The notes below the pieces were generated by a model. The model was given only the letters and a program-made list of their open reading frames with translations. It was not told where the DNA came from and made no database searches. This document shows, in pieces, positions 47,843-57,822 of a stretch of 64,000 nt of DNA. The stretch is taken from NCBI GenBank assembly GCA_965223335.1, contig OZ244991.1, forward strand, positions 1,792,001-1,856,000, written 5' to 3'. Both the position numbers and the translations under genes were made by a program. This DNA comes from Thermodesulfobacteriota bacterium (GTDB lineage: Bacteria; Desulfobacterota_D; UBA1144; Nemesobacterales; UBA2774). Positions within the stretch are counted from its first letter, which is position 1. The number at the start of each line of letters is the position of its first letter.

Positions 47843-49505
47843 CGTCAAAAGAAAAGAGTTTGAAAAAGAAGTAAACACTATAATTGATGCGAATGACACT
47901 CGTAAACTTGTAAAGAAGTTCTCCAAAGATCTCGCATACCATTACTATTTGCTAAGCGACATCTCAAAAGGCGCCGGTTCACCTAATTGGGATGTTATTT
48001 GTGAAGCAGCTGGGGCAAAAAAAGTAGGCAATGAGTTCCCGGTCGAGCAGGCAAAGACTTTGCTTGGCTACCTCTTTCCTTATGATGAGACCCAGACCGA
48101 TTTTTATCAGGTGCTCAAAGTATCAAAGAATTCCACAGACGACGAGATCCGACAGAGCTGGATAGCTCTTATGAAAGAGCACCACCCTGACCGAATTGGA
48201 GAGGAGGGGCTCGAATTAACAAAGAAATATAACGAGGCCTATGAAGTTTTGGGTGATGCTCAAAAACGCAGGCAATACGACTCACGACAACTCCCAGAAG
48301 TGCCTGTAATCATTGAAAAAGAGGTGGCCCATGCGGGTTCGTGGAGGAACCTTAGCTACATCTTGCCTTTCGCTCTAGTCATCTTCTTGGCTCTATCGTA
48401 TATAATCGGCTCGGACCTGCTCAATAGAACGGAGAGCGATAAAAATAATTTTGCAAGGACCATAGAAGACCCGACCCTAAACGACCAAAGATTGGAAGAG
48501 AGGGTGTTTGAAACAACCAGGGGTACAAGTATCACAAGTAACGATAATGAACAGATATTAAACCCGGATAAGATTAAGCCCCCGAATATAAAGGACAAAT
48601 TACAAAAAGCTGCGGTTATTAGCAGGGCCGACAACGAAACTCAAACTGAAGCGAACGATTCTAGTATAGAAGTAGTGCAGAGCACACCCGAGACAATTAA
48701 AGACGATGGTACTGACACTGTGAGTACCGACACGGACCAAGTCTCCGGGACCGGGACAGAACCGATAACCGAGGAAAGCGCTTTAGATCAAAGCAAACAG
48801 GTTCTGGCTGACAACTCTACTCCGGTAGTCGATATCAAGAGCGACTCAGGTAAAGACGATCTGTCGGAGCAGACCGAGAAGGCTGACTCTACGGATGGAT
48901 CGGGTGCAAAAACCATTACCTACGTAGTTAAAGAGGGCGATAACCTTTGGAGTATTGCTAGACAACACGATACAAGGACTGCCAAGATACTGGCATTAAA
49001 TGACCTTGAAGACAACGAGATTAACATAGGCGATAGCTTGCTTATACCGGTTGAAGAGTACACAACAGAAGTAGCTGCCCTAGCTCCGCCGCCCGTGCAG
49101 GGGAGTGATACGGCCCAAAAGCTAATGGACGACCAATCCGTGAATGATTTTGTCTCTCAGTATGTAACTGCCTACAAACAAAGAGATTTAGACAAGATGT
49201 CGGGTATGTTTTTACCCGAGGCAAACGAGAACGGCACACCGATCTCCAAGGTTCTAAGCTCGTATAAAAAGAATTTCTCCACTCTCGATATTGTGCAATA
49301 TGAGGTACGAACCAACGAAACTATACTCAAAGACCAGAGCGCTAGGGTAAACAGCGATTTTGATGTGACGTTCAAGAACAAGAAAACTGGGAAGATAAAG
49401 AGCTCCAACGGTACGATAAGCTGGGAGCTTGAGTGGAAAAACAACGGTTGGAATATTAAAGAGATAAACTACAAGATCTTATCAACAAAAGTCCTAGATG
49501 GTTAA
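47835..49505 (+). CDS. DnaJ domain - TM - acidic linker - LysM - C-terminal NTF2/SnoaL-like protein
   Basis: FYQVLKV...HHPD...NEAYEVLGD J-domain; one TM; YVVKEGDNLWSIA LysM. Confidence 0.82.
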   Translation: MINVKRKEFEKEVNTIIDANDTRKLVKKFSKDLAYHYYLLSDISKGAGSPNWDVICEAAGAKKVGNEFPVEQAKTLLGYLFPYDETQTDFYQVLKVSKNSTDDEIRQSWIALMKEHHPDRIGEEGLELTKKYNEAYEVLGDAQKRRQYDSRQLPEVPVIIEKEVAHAGSWRNLSYILPFALVIFLALSYIIGSDLLNRTESDKNNFARTIEDPTLNDQRLEERVFETTRGTSITSNDNEQILNPDKIKPPNIKDKLQKAAVISRADNETQTEANDSSIEVVQSTPETIKDDGTDTVSTDTDQVSGTGTEPITEESALDQSKQVLADNSTPVVDIKSDSGKDDLSEQTEKADSTDGSGAKTITYVVKEGDNLWSIARQHDTRTAKILALNDLEDNEINIGDSLLIPVEEYTTEVAALAPPPVQGSDTAQKLMDDQSVNDFVSQYVTAYKQRDLDKMSGMFLPEANENGTPISKVLSSYKKNFSTLDIVQYEVRTNETILKDQSARVNSDFDVTFKNKKTGKIKSSNGTISWELEWKNNGWNIKEINYKILSTKVLDG

Positions 49506-50022
49506 CTCGGCGAGCGACTTAAACCCCCCCGCTCCTAAACTATGGTACGCGGTATACACAATTGTAAGACATGAAAAATCTGTAAACGCCTCATTGATAG
49601 ATAAGAGCGTTGAAACATTTTTGCCTACACACAAGGTGAGCAGTAAGTGGAAAGACCGTCGAAAGATTTTAGATCTGCCTCTTTTTCCCGGCTACCTATT
49701 TGTGCACGTCTCATTAGACGACCGTCTCCGGGTGCTGAGAACTAAGGGGGTTGTGAACATACTGGGTGTTAAAGGGGTGCCTACCCCTGTACCTGTGGAA
49801 CAGATAAACTCGCTCAAAACACTATTGGAGTCTGATCAAATCATAGATCCGTACCCTTACTATGACCGGGGAACCGAGGTGATAGTAACTCGGGGGCCGC
49901 TGACCGGAATCAGGGGGCGGATAGAGGAGAGGAAGGGGGAGCACAGGCTTGTGATATCGGTTGATCTGATAAAGAGAGCAGTGTCTGTAGAAGTGGATAT
50001 AGAGGATGTAGAATTATTATAG
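49498..50022 (+). CDS. NusG-paralog transcription antiterminator (UpxY/RfaH-like)
   Basis: WYAVYT..RHEK, W.DR.K...PLFPGYLFV, KOW motif VTRGPLTGIRG. Confidence 0.92.
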   Translation: MVNSASDLNPPAPKLWYAVYTIVRHEKSVNASLIDKSVETFLPTHKVSSKWKDRRKILDLPLFPGYLFVHVSLDDRLRVLRTKGVVNILGVKGVPTPVPVEQINSLKTLLESDQIIDPYPYYDRGTEVIVTRGPLTGIRGRIEERKGEHRLVISVDLIKRAVSVEVDIEDVELL

Positions 50023-50181
50023 TGTTTATTAGATGCACAGTTAGAGTCACTTAATGTAAGTGAGGTAGCGGAGCTGTAGAATTTCATTGGCATTTGTTTT
50101 TAAAATTTGCTCTTGTACTTAAATTCTGAATACTATTTTGAATTTAATCGAGTAATATATCACGCATATTCTAGAGGTGTT

Positions 50182-50457
50182 ATGAGTAATAATTCAACCG
50201 AGCAGTCACAAAACGAGTCTAATGGTTTTTTTCGTAACGCCTGGGAAGGGTGGAAAAGGATTGCGAGGAAGATCGGAGATTTCAATGCAAGGGTGATACT
50301 CACGCTTTTCTATATCCTCTTATTCAGTCCCTTTGCCATTGCTCTGAGATTGTTCAGTGATCCACTGCAGATAAAGGGCACAGAAAATCAGGGCTGGATC
50401 CCGCGCGTAGATACCGAAGAGATCACACCCTTGGAAAAAGCGACAAGGCAATTTTAA
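50182..50457 (+). CDS. Small membrane protein, SxtJ-like
   Basis: W..IARKIGDFNARVILTLFY..., DPL, C-terminal RQF; GAGG SD; directly before carbamoyltransferase. Confidence 0.7.
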   Translation: MSNNSTEQSQNESNGFFRNAWEGWKRIARKIGDFNARVILTLFYILLFSPFAIALRLFSDPLQIKGTENQGWIPRVDTEEITPLEKATRQF

Positions 50458-50506
50458 CCGAACAAATTCCTTTCTTGATATATAGCTGCAAAGACGGAGT
50501 GTTTTG

Positions 50507-52297
50507 ATGAATATATTAGGTATATCCTGTTATTTCCATGATGCTGCAGCCGCATTGCTAAAAGACGGAGTGCTCGTCGCCGCGGCAGAGGAAGAGCGTT
50601 TCAGCCGTATTAAGCATGACTACGAATTTCCCGAGAACGCTATCAAGTTCTGTCTTGATTACGGAGGGATTACATCTGAGGACATAGATTATGTGATGTT
50701 TTTTGAAAAACCGTTTATAAAGTTCGAGAGGCTTTTGCTTTGCACCATGCAGACCTTTCCCCGTTCGCTGAAACTGTTTAGAGAGGCCATGATCACGTGG
50801 CTCGGCGATAAGTTGTGGATTAAGCATCTATTGGAAAAAAAGCTCAATATACCGCCGTCGAAAATACTCTTTAGCGAGCACCATTTGTCACATGCTGCTA
50901 GCTCTTTTTACTGCTCGCCATTTGAAGAGGCTGCGATACTCACCGTGGACGGAGTGGGTGAGTGGACCACAGCAGCACTGGGTGTGGGCAGGGGCACTGA
51001 GATTAACCTATTAAAAGAGATAAGATTCCCAAACTCCCTTGGGCTTCTATACAGTGCGTTCACCGCGTTTTTGGGGTTTGAGGTAAACGAAGGGGAATAC
51101 AAGGTGATGGGTATGGCGCCTTTCGGTGAGCCTAAGTACGTAGAGAAAATATACGAGTTAATTGATGTAGACGATAGTGGGGGGTTCGAGCTCGACATGG
51201 ACTATTTCTCATTTCACTACTCATCGGAAAAGACATTTAATAAGAAGTTCGAGTCCCTATTCGGCGCCCCCAGGGACCCTGACGCACTGTTCTTTACCGA
51301 CTCAAGCGGCTACCCGACTTACTTCGGGGATAAGCCCGAAAACTACACAGAGCTTGCCAAAGAGAACCAGTACTATGCGGATATAGCAGCTAGTATTCAG
51401 GTCGTGACCGAGCAGGTGATGGTGAAGATGGCCGAGTATGCCTACAAGCAAACGGGATTAAATAAGTTGTGTATGGCAGGGGGGGTTGCGCTAAACAGTG
51501 TGGCCAACAGAAAGATTCTAAATGAAACCCCATTTGAGGAAATATATATTCACCCCGCTGCCGGCGATGGGGGATGTGCAGTGGGTGCAGCACTCTACGG
51601 TTACCACGGCATATTGGGTAAACCGAGGGGTTTTGTAATGGAGCACGCCTATTGGGGACAGGAACACTCCAACGATGAGGTCCGGGCATTTCTCGAAACA
51701 AACGATATCCCTTATGAACACCTGGGTGACGATAAAAAGTTGATTGAACGAACGGTGGATTTCTTGAGTGACGGTAAAGTGATAGGGTGGCACCAGGGGC
51801 GTTTTGAGTGGGGCCCCAGAGCCCTTGGCAACCGCAGTATTCTGGCCGACCCAGGGCGCCATGATATGAAGGACATAGTAAATGTAAAGATTAAGTTCCG
51901 CGAACCCTTTCGGCCGTTTGCACCATCTATACTGGCGGAAAAGGCGCATGAGTACTTTGTGCTGGATAACCCCGAAAAACACTATCCCGCAAGGTTTATG
52001 CTTTTTGTGACGGATGTTGTAGAGGATAAAAAAGAAAAGCTCCCGGCGATCACACACGTTGACGGTACCGGGCGTCTTCAAACGGTGCAAAAGCAGATAA
52101 ACCCTAGGTACTATGATTTAATCAGTAGCTTCGGGGAGGCTACGGGGGTGCCAGTGCTTTTGAACACCTCGTTTAACCTTAAGGGAGAGCCGATAGTTAA
52201 TACACCCGCCGAGGCGTTCAATTCGTTTATGAAGAGCGGGATGGATGTACTGGTTTTGGGGAATCATGTTGTTGATAAAACAAAGATCACTACGTAA
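50507..52297 (+). CDS. O-carbamoyltransferase (NodU/CmcH/SxtI family)
   Basis: HDAAA, EEERFSR, EHHLSHA, GGVALN, GPRALGNRS, KFREPFRPFAP, NTSFN. Confidence 0.95.
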   Translation: MNILGISCYFHDAAAALLKDGVLVAAAEEERFSRIKHDYEFPENAIKFCLDYGGITSEDIDYVMFFEKPFIKFERLLLCTMQTFPRSLKLFREAMITWLGDKLWIKHLLEKKLNIPPSKILFSEHHLSHAASSFYCSPFEEAAILTVDGVGEWTTAALGVGRGTEINLLKEIRFPNSLGLLYSAFTAFLGFEVNEGEYKVMGMAPFGEPKYVEKIYELIDVDDSGGFELDMDYFSFHYSSEKTFNKKFESLFGAPRDPDALFFTDSSGYPTYFGDKPENYTELAKENQYYADIAASIQVVTEQVMVKMAEYAYKQTGLNKLCMAGGVALNSVANRKILNETPFEEIYIHPAAGDGGCAVGAALYGYHGILGKPRGFVMEHAYWGQEHSNDEVRAFLETNDIPYEHLGDDKKLIERTVDFLSDGKVIGWHQGRFEWGPRALGNRSILADPGRHDMKDIVNVKIKFREPFRPFAPSILAEKAHEYFVLDNPEKHYPARFMLFVTDVVEDKKEKLPAITHVDGTGRLQTVQKQINPRYYDLISSFGEATGVPVLLNTSFNLKGEPIVNTPAEAFNSFMKSGMDVLVLGNHVVDKTKITT

Positions 52298-52370
52298 CAT
52301 AAGAAAGGACCTAAGTAGATTATCACTTTAACAGTGAGTGTAATCAGAAACACCGAGGAGGTTGCAACAC

Positions 52371-52550
52371 ATGTCATTTTTTAAAAGCATTAGTAACAGG
52401 ATGGGTATTTCGGGAGAGCTACTGAGATTTTTCCTCCAGAATAAATGGTGGTGGATTACACCTATGCTGCTTGTGCTTCTGTTGTTCGCTTTCCTAATCG
52501 TATTTGCTCAGGGATCGGCTGTTGCCCCGTTTATTTACACCCTGTTTTAG
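52371..52550 (+). CDS. Small membrane protein, DUF5989/SxtK-like
   Basis: GAGGAGG SD; KWWWITPM...SAVAPFIYTLF signature. Confidence 0.85.
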   Translation: MSFFKSISNRMGISGELLRFFLQNKWWWITPMLLVLLLFAFLIVFAQGSAVAPFIYTLF

Positions 52551-52660
52551 ACCCGGGGTATTGCAACTCACCCACGGAGCAAAGATTCTGCGCTTTTATA
52601 GCGATGGGACAGACGATAACCCATAGCCTATTTGAGTATTATAGATTTGAGGAGTTATGA

Positions 52661-53781
52661 TTGAGGCTAAGTTTTCTTTATTTAGATGCGTTTTCCAGCC
52701 GCGGTGGGATAGAGAAGTTTAATATGGCATTTATGTATGCCGCCAGAAAGTTGCATGATGAAAACAAAATTAATTTCACCGCATATTCCCTGCATGACAC
52801 TGAGCCTGACAAGCGGTATATAACGGATGATCTATTTAGAGGGTATAAGGGCAGCAAACTTAGATACAGTATAAGCTCCCTCATTAAGGGTTTAAATTCT
52901 GATGTAGTTATATTGGGGCATATTAACCTGGCCCCTATAGGGGTTATGATAAAAACACTAAAAAAAAAACTAAAGTCATTCTTATTACTCATGGCATAGA
53001 GGTCTGGTCCCCGCTTGCAGGCCAAAAGCAGAGAATCTTACACTCCTCGGACCTGATCCTCTCTGTGAGTGAGTTTACAAAACAAAAGATAATCGATGCG
53101 CACGGTGTGGAACCCCGCAAAATAAAAGTATTTCCAAACACAATAGATCCCTTATACGAACCCATAAAACAGTCTAAAAGCAGAAAGCAATTGTATGATG
53201 AATACGGTATCGGGGTTGACACAAAAGTGTTGCTTAGTGCATGTAGACTTTTTTCGACGGAAAGATATAAAGGCTACGACAGAGTGATAAAGGCGTTGCC
53301 GGAAGTAAAGAACAGAGTAGGGGATTTGAGGTATTTGATTGTTGGGCGGGGAGATAAAGAGGAGCTAAACAGGGTAAAAAGGCTTTGCGATGATTCGGGT
53401 GTGAGCGAGGATGTAATTATAATCGGAGAGGTAGGTGAGGAGGTGCTTAAAGAGTTTTATGCTATCGCGGATCTTTTTGTGCTGCCTTCGAAAGGTGAGG
53501 GATTCGGGATAGTGTTTATTGAGGCGCTAATGGAAGGGAATGTGGTTATAGGTGGCAGAGTTGATGCCACCAAAGAAACACTATTGAATGGGGAACTAGG
53601 TATATTGGTCGATCCCGATAACACAGATGAGATCGCAAGTGCTATTTCCGAGGTACTATGCGGAGAGTGTGACAGCAGGTATCTGGATCATCGCTCCCAA
53701 AGGTCTTTGGTCCTTGAGAATTACGGTTTTGGGGTGTTTAAGCAGCGTCTACACGACATAATCCAATCAGTGACAAACTAA
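52661..53781 (+). pseudogene. Glycosyltransferase family 4 split by a frameshift at an A10 tract
   Basis: N-part RGGIEKF...GHINLAP; after A10 (52960-52969) another frame reads HGIEVW and continues into the ORF with PSKGEGFGIVFIEA. Confidence 0.82.
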
Positions 53782-53786
53782 ACCAG

Positions 53787-54608
53787 ATGTCCAATACAAC
53801 AATCATCAAACCAGGAGAGGACTCACTAGTAGGTGAAGTCCGGGAATTCTGGGATTACAGGGAGTTGCTCTATTTCTTTGTCTGGAGAGAGATAAAGGTC
53901 AGGTATAAGCAGACATTTTTTGGAGTAGGGTGGGCAATATTACAGCCGTTTCTCACTATGATAGTGTTCACTATATTCTTCGGTAAAATAGCCAAAATAC
54001 CCTCTGAGGGGATTCCCTACCCCATATTTTCTTACTCCGCTTTGTTGCTTTGGACCTTTTTCACAACGGCTGTCACTTTTTCGGGCAATAGCCTTGTAGG
54101 CAGCGCGCATTTAATCACAAAAGTCTTTTTTCCCCGGTTGATCATCCCGTTCTCAAGCGCGCTTTCGGCCATCGTGGACTATCTGATAGCTATGATAATT
54201 CTTGTCGCTATGATGTTTTATTACGGCATTTTCCCTAGTAAAACGATCATCTATCTGCCTATCATTTGGTTTTTGGGCTTTTTATGTTCCATAGGGTTTG
54301 GGCTTTGGCTTTCCTCCCTAAATGTCAAGTACAGAGATATTAGATTTATAATCCCGTTCTTTATACAGTTATTGCTGTTTGCAACCCCTGTCATATACCC
54401 GACCTCGATACTGCCCGAGAACATAAGCTGGTTGTTAAATTTAAACCCCATCTCGCCCGTAATCGATGCTCATAGGGCGGCACTCCTCGGATACAAGGCG
54501 ATCGATTGGGGGACGTTGGCACTATCGGGGGCTCTATCGAGCTTAATATTCGTTACCGGATTAATCTATTTCCGAAAGACCGAACGGTTTTTTGCAGACA
54601 TCATCTAA
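53787..54608 (+). CDS. wzm: Polysaccharide ABC transporter permease
   Basis: RELLYFFVWREIKVRYKQT; ERFFADII end. Confidence 0.93.
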   Translation: MSNTTIIKPGEDSLVGEVREFWDYRELLYFFVWREIKVRYKQTFFGVGWAILQPFLTMIVFTIFFGKIAKIPSEGIPYPIFSYSALLLWTFFTTAVTFSGNSLVGSAHLITKVFFPRLIIPFSSALSAIVDYLIAMIILVAMMFYYGIFPSKTIIYLPIIWFLGFLCSIGFGLWLSSLNVKYRDIRFIIPFFIQLLLFATPVIYPTSILPENISWLLNLNPISPVIDAHRAALLGYKAIDWGTLALSGALSSLIFVTGLIYFRKTERFFADII

Positions 54609-54609
54609 T

Positions 54610-55911
54610 ATGGGTAATAAAGCAATAGAGGTTGCGGGTCTTGGCAAGCAGTATCAAATAGGCGAGCGACAGGTCTATAATACTTTTAGGGAAGCTGTCA
54701 CACGTGCGTTGAGTGCTCCTTTTAGGCGTTTGCTGGCTCCTCGTCCAGACCCGGCCGAGCATAACAGGGATATGAGGTCTAAGGGGCGCATAGCACATAA
54801 TGCTATTTGGGCGATCCGCGATATATCGTTTGAGGTCGAGCAGGGTGAGATAGTGGGGGTTATAGGGGTAAATGGTGCGGGGAAAAGCACGCTGCTTAAG
54901 GTACTTGCACGTATTACCGAGCCCACCGAGGGAACTGCGCGGATAAAGGGCAGGGTCGGTTCTTTGCTCGAGGTGGGCACCGGGTTTCACCCCGAGTTAA
55001 CCGGCAGAGAGAATATCTATTTCAACGGAGTGTTGCTGGGTATGAAGAGGGCTGAGGTCGAACGTAAATTCGATCAAATAGTAGAGTTTGCGGAGATCGA
55101 GGATTTTTTGGATACCCCTGTGAAACGATATTCATCGGGGATGGCTGTGAGGTTGGCGTTTTCTGTTGCTGCACACCTTGAGCCCGAGATAATGCTTGTG
55201 GACGAGGTGCTTGCAGTCGGGGATTACGCATTTCAGAAGAAATGCCTGGGCAAGATAGGTGAAGTAGCCCGCAGCGGCAGGACAGTCTTATTCGTAAGTC
55301 ATAATCTGGTGTCGGTTGAGAACCTGTGTGATAGTGCCATCTTAATCGAGGGTGGAGAGTTAGTGAGTGCGGGGCGAACGCACGAGGTAATTAATCAATA
55401 CCTTTCCAGGGACCGAAGCACCGAGGGTTCTGTATTGGATCTCTCATCTATAGAGCGCAGGGGTGGCAGCGGTACCGTCCGGTTTAAAGAACTGCATATC
55501 ACGGGGAGCGGCGGCGGGGTAATTCGAAGTGGCGACGGCTTTACGGTCAGGTTTGTCTACAGCTGCACAGAGGCCGTCTCGAAACCTGTGTTTACAGTCA
55601 CAATTTTCACAGATAGGGGAGTCACCGTGTTTGCCATATCTACTCTAGATCTCAATTTTGATCTGCCTCGTATAGAGAATGAAGGTGTGATTGATCTGGT
55701 CATAAAGAGTGCCAACTTGATGCCGGGGAAGTATAATTTACAAATATCAATAGGTGATGCTGTGAATCATCATAAGTACGACCATATTACAAATGCGGCT
55801 GAATTTATCATGGAAGAGGCCAATGTATATGGCACGGGTAAGCTCAATAACACTCATTCGTCAGTTGTTTATTTAGACTGCAGTTGGGAGAGGCAAGATT
55901 TTTCTGAGTGA
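54610..55911 (+). CDS. wzt: Polysaccharide ABC transporter ATP-binding protein with Wzt_C domain
   Basis: GVNGAGKST, YSSGM, VDEVLAVGD, C-terminal extension. Confidence 0.93.
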   Translation: MGNKAIEVAGLGKQYQIGERQVYNTFREAVTRALSAPFRRLLAPRPDPAEHNRDMRSKGRIAHNAIWAIRDISFEVEQGEIVGVIGVNGAGKSTLLKVLARITEPTEGTARIKGRVGSLLEVGTGFHPELTGRENIYFNGVLLGMKRAEVERKFDQIVEFAEIEDFLDTPVKRYSSGMAVRLAFSVAAHLEPEIMLVDEVLAVGDYAFQKKCLGKIGEVARSGRTVLFVSHNLVSVENLCDSAILIEGGELVSAGRTHEVINQYLSRDRSTEGSVLDLSSIERRGGSGTVRFKELHITGSGGGVIRSGDGFTVRFVYSCTEAVSKPVFTVTIFTDRGVTVFAISTLDLNFDLPRIENEGVIDLVIKSANLMPGKYNLQISIGDAVNHHKYDHITNAAEFIMEEANVYGTGKLNNTHSSVVYLDCSWERQDFSE

Positions 55912-55943
55912 ATTCTCTCAGAGTACTTTGGATTGGATTATAT

Positions 55944-56937
55944 ATGCCTAAGGTTAGTGTATTAATTCCTAGCTATAACCACTCGAGGTTTCTTGTAAAA
56001 CGCCTTGATAGTATTTATAACCAAGATTTTAAGGACTTCGAGGTCATATTCCTAGACGATGCCTCCACAGACGATAGTGTACGGGTGTTCCGTGAGTATT
56101 GTCGTGGGAAAAACCCGAGAGAGTTTATCAACCAAACCAATAGCGGGTCGACATACCGTCAGTGGAACAAAGGTATGAGCAAAGCCCGTGGGGAGTATAT
56201 ATGGCTGGCCGAGTCGGATGACTGGGCAGATAATTCATTGCTATCCAAACTGCTGAACATGATGGAACAGAGCGATAATGTCGGGCTTGCTTACTGTCAG
56301 TCTCATTTGGTTGACCACAACGATAAGGTGCTGGGCAGCAATCTGAGGTGGACAGATGATTTGGATGCAGAGCTTTGGGCTGGGGAGTTCGTAATGAACG
56401 GAGCAGAGTTTAGTAAAAACTATTTAACCCATAAGAACGTGATCAACAATGCAAGTGCAACACTGCTTTAGAAAAAGCGTATTAGATAAAGTTGGGCTTA
56501 CTAACGATGATATGAAGCTCTGTGGGGATTGGTTTTTATGGCTAAAGATTCTCCAGGCTTCTGACGTTGCATATACGAGCGAGCATCTCAATTATTTCAG
56601 GAAACATGATGCTACAACCCGCTCTCAATACTCGGAGGATCATATGGCAATGATAGAGGAGTACGATGTGTTAAGGGATGTGGTCGAGAATTTTGATGTG
56701 GCCGGTACCATAGTACACAAAAGGCTTGACGATCTTTGCCACGCATCGGCATCCAGAATTGTTCATAGCGGAAAGCACAACGAGATTGAGAAGCTCTATG
56801 TGATCTCAAGGTTTATCCCTCAGGTTAACAAATATGATCGTTTGGTAGCTCTTAGAGCTATTAAAGCACTTTCACAGATCTACGGCCGAAGGCTATCCAG
56901 GACCGCGAGACGTTCTATGTCGCTTGGTCTTCTATGA
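55944..56937 (+). pseudogene. Glycosyltransferase family 2 split by a 1-nt insertion
   Basis: MPKVSVLIPSYNH, LDDASTD, AESDD; NASATL|FRKSV interrupted by an extra C near 56466; CGDW motif in second part. Confidence 0.82.
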
Positions 56938-56964
56938 TAGTAATTCGTCACATAAAACACAATC

Positions 56965-57822
56965 ATGAAAATTGCAGTAATAGGTAGCAGCGGGCAACTT
57001 GGTGCTGAGCTTGTGGAAGAAATTAGCCTACTCGAAAGCATAGATGCACATGAACTCGATAGGTCGAGTGTTGACTGTTCAAGCAAAGAGTCGGTTGAAA
57101 ATGCCCTGCTACCCATAAGACCCGATGTGGTGATTAACTGTGCCGCCTATGTACATGTCGATAGTTGCGAAGACAACCGCGACTTGGCTTTCGGTGTGAA
57201 TTCGGTTGGAGCATTTAATGTAGCCGCAGTTTGTGCGGGGATGGATGCCGAGTGTGTTTACATAAGCACGGATTATGTGTTTGATGGTGCGATGCAAAGG
57301 CCTTACACCGAAGATGATATTCCCATACCGCTCAATGTATATGGTATGTCCAAACTCTGCGGGGAGAGCTTTGTTAGGGGCTCTTGCGAGAAACACTACA
57401 TAATACGATCGTCGGGATTGTACGGTAAAGCCGGCATCAATGGGGGGAAGGGAAATTTTGTCGAGACAATGATAAGACTTGCAAAAAACGGCGAGCCCAT
57501 CCGTGTTGTAAACGATCAGATACTTACACCTACCTATACAAAAGACCTTGCAAAGAAAATATTAGAGCTCATCGATACTCATGAGTATGGTCTCTACCAC
57601 ATCACGAACCAAGGGCAGTGCTCATGGTATGAGTTTGGTAAAAGGGTATTCGATGTGCTCAAATTAAATCCGGACTACAAACCCATTACATCCGGGGAGT
57701 ACGGGTCTTCGGCCAGACGCCCTGCCTACTCAGTGCTTGCCAATAGGGGAATAAAGCGTCTTGATATTAGGCAACCAACATGCTGGGAGGATGCACTGGG
57801 TAATTATCTATCAGAATGGTAG
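56965..57822 (+). CDS. rfbD: dTDP-4-dehydrorhamnose reductase
   Basis: GSSGQLG, ISTDYVFDG, YGMSK, ARRPAYS. Confidence 0.93.
   Translation: MKIAVIGSSGQLGAELVEEISLLESIDAHELDRSSVDCSSKESVENALLPIRPDVVINCAAYVHVDSCEDNRDLAFGVNSVGAFNVAAVCAGMDAECVYISTDYVFDGAMQRPYTEDDIPIPLNVYGMSKLCGESFVRGSCEKHYIIRSSGLYGKAGINGGKGNFVETMIRLAKNGEPIRVVNDQILTPTYTKDLAKKILELIDTHEYGLYHITNQGQCSWYEFGKRVFDVLKLNPDYKPITSGEYGSSARRPAYSVLANRGIKRLDIRQPTCWEDALGNYLSEW

Noticed and set aside
50058..50078. GAGGTAGCGG as an RfaH ops site
   Set aside because: Only a partial match to GGCGGTAGnnTG; not supportable
45939..52090. Long antisense ORFs (45939-46526, 46970-47572, 51518-52090) and similar ones elsewhere
   Set aside because: Shadows of well-supported genes on the opposite strand, with no recognisable motifs
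50182..52550. Saxitoxin biosynthesis cluster
   Set aside because: Only sxtI/J/K-like families are present; no sxtA or other core genes, and the context is glycan synthesis
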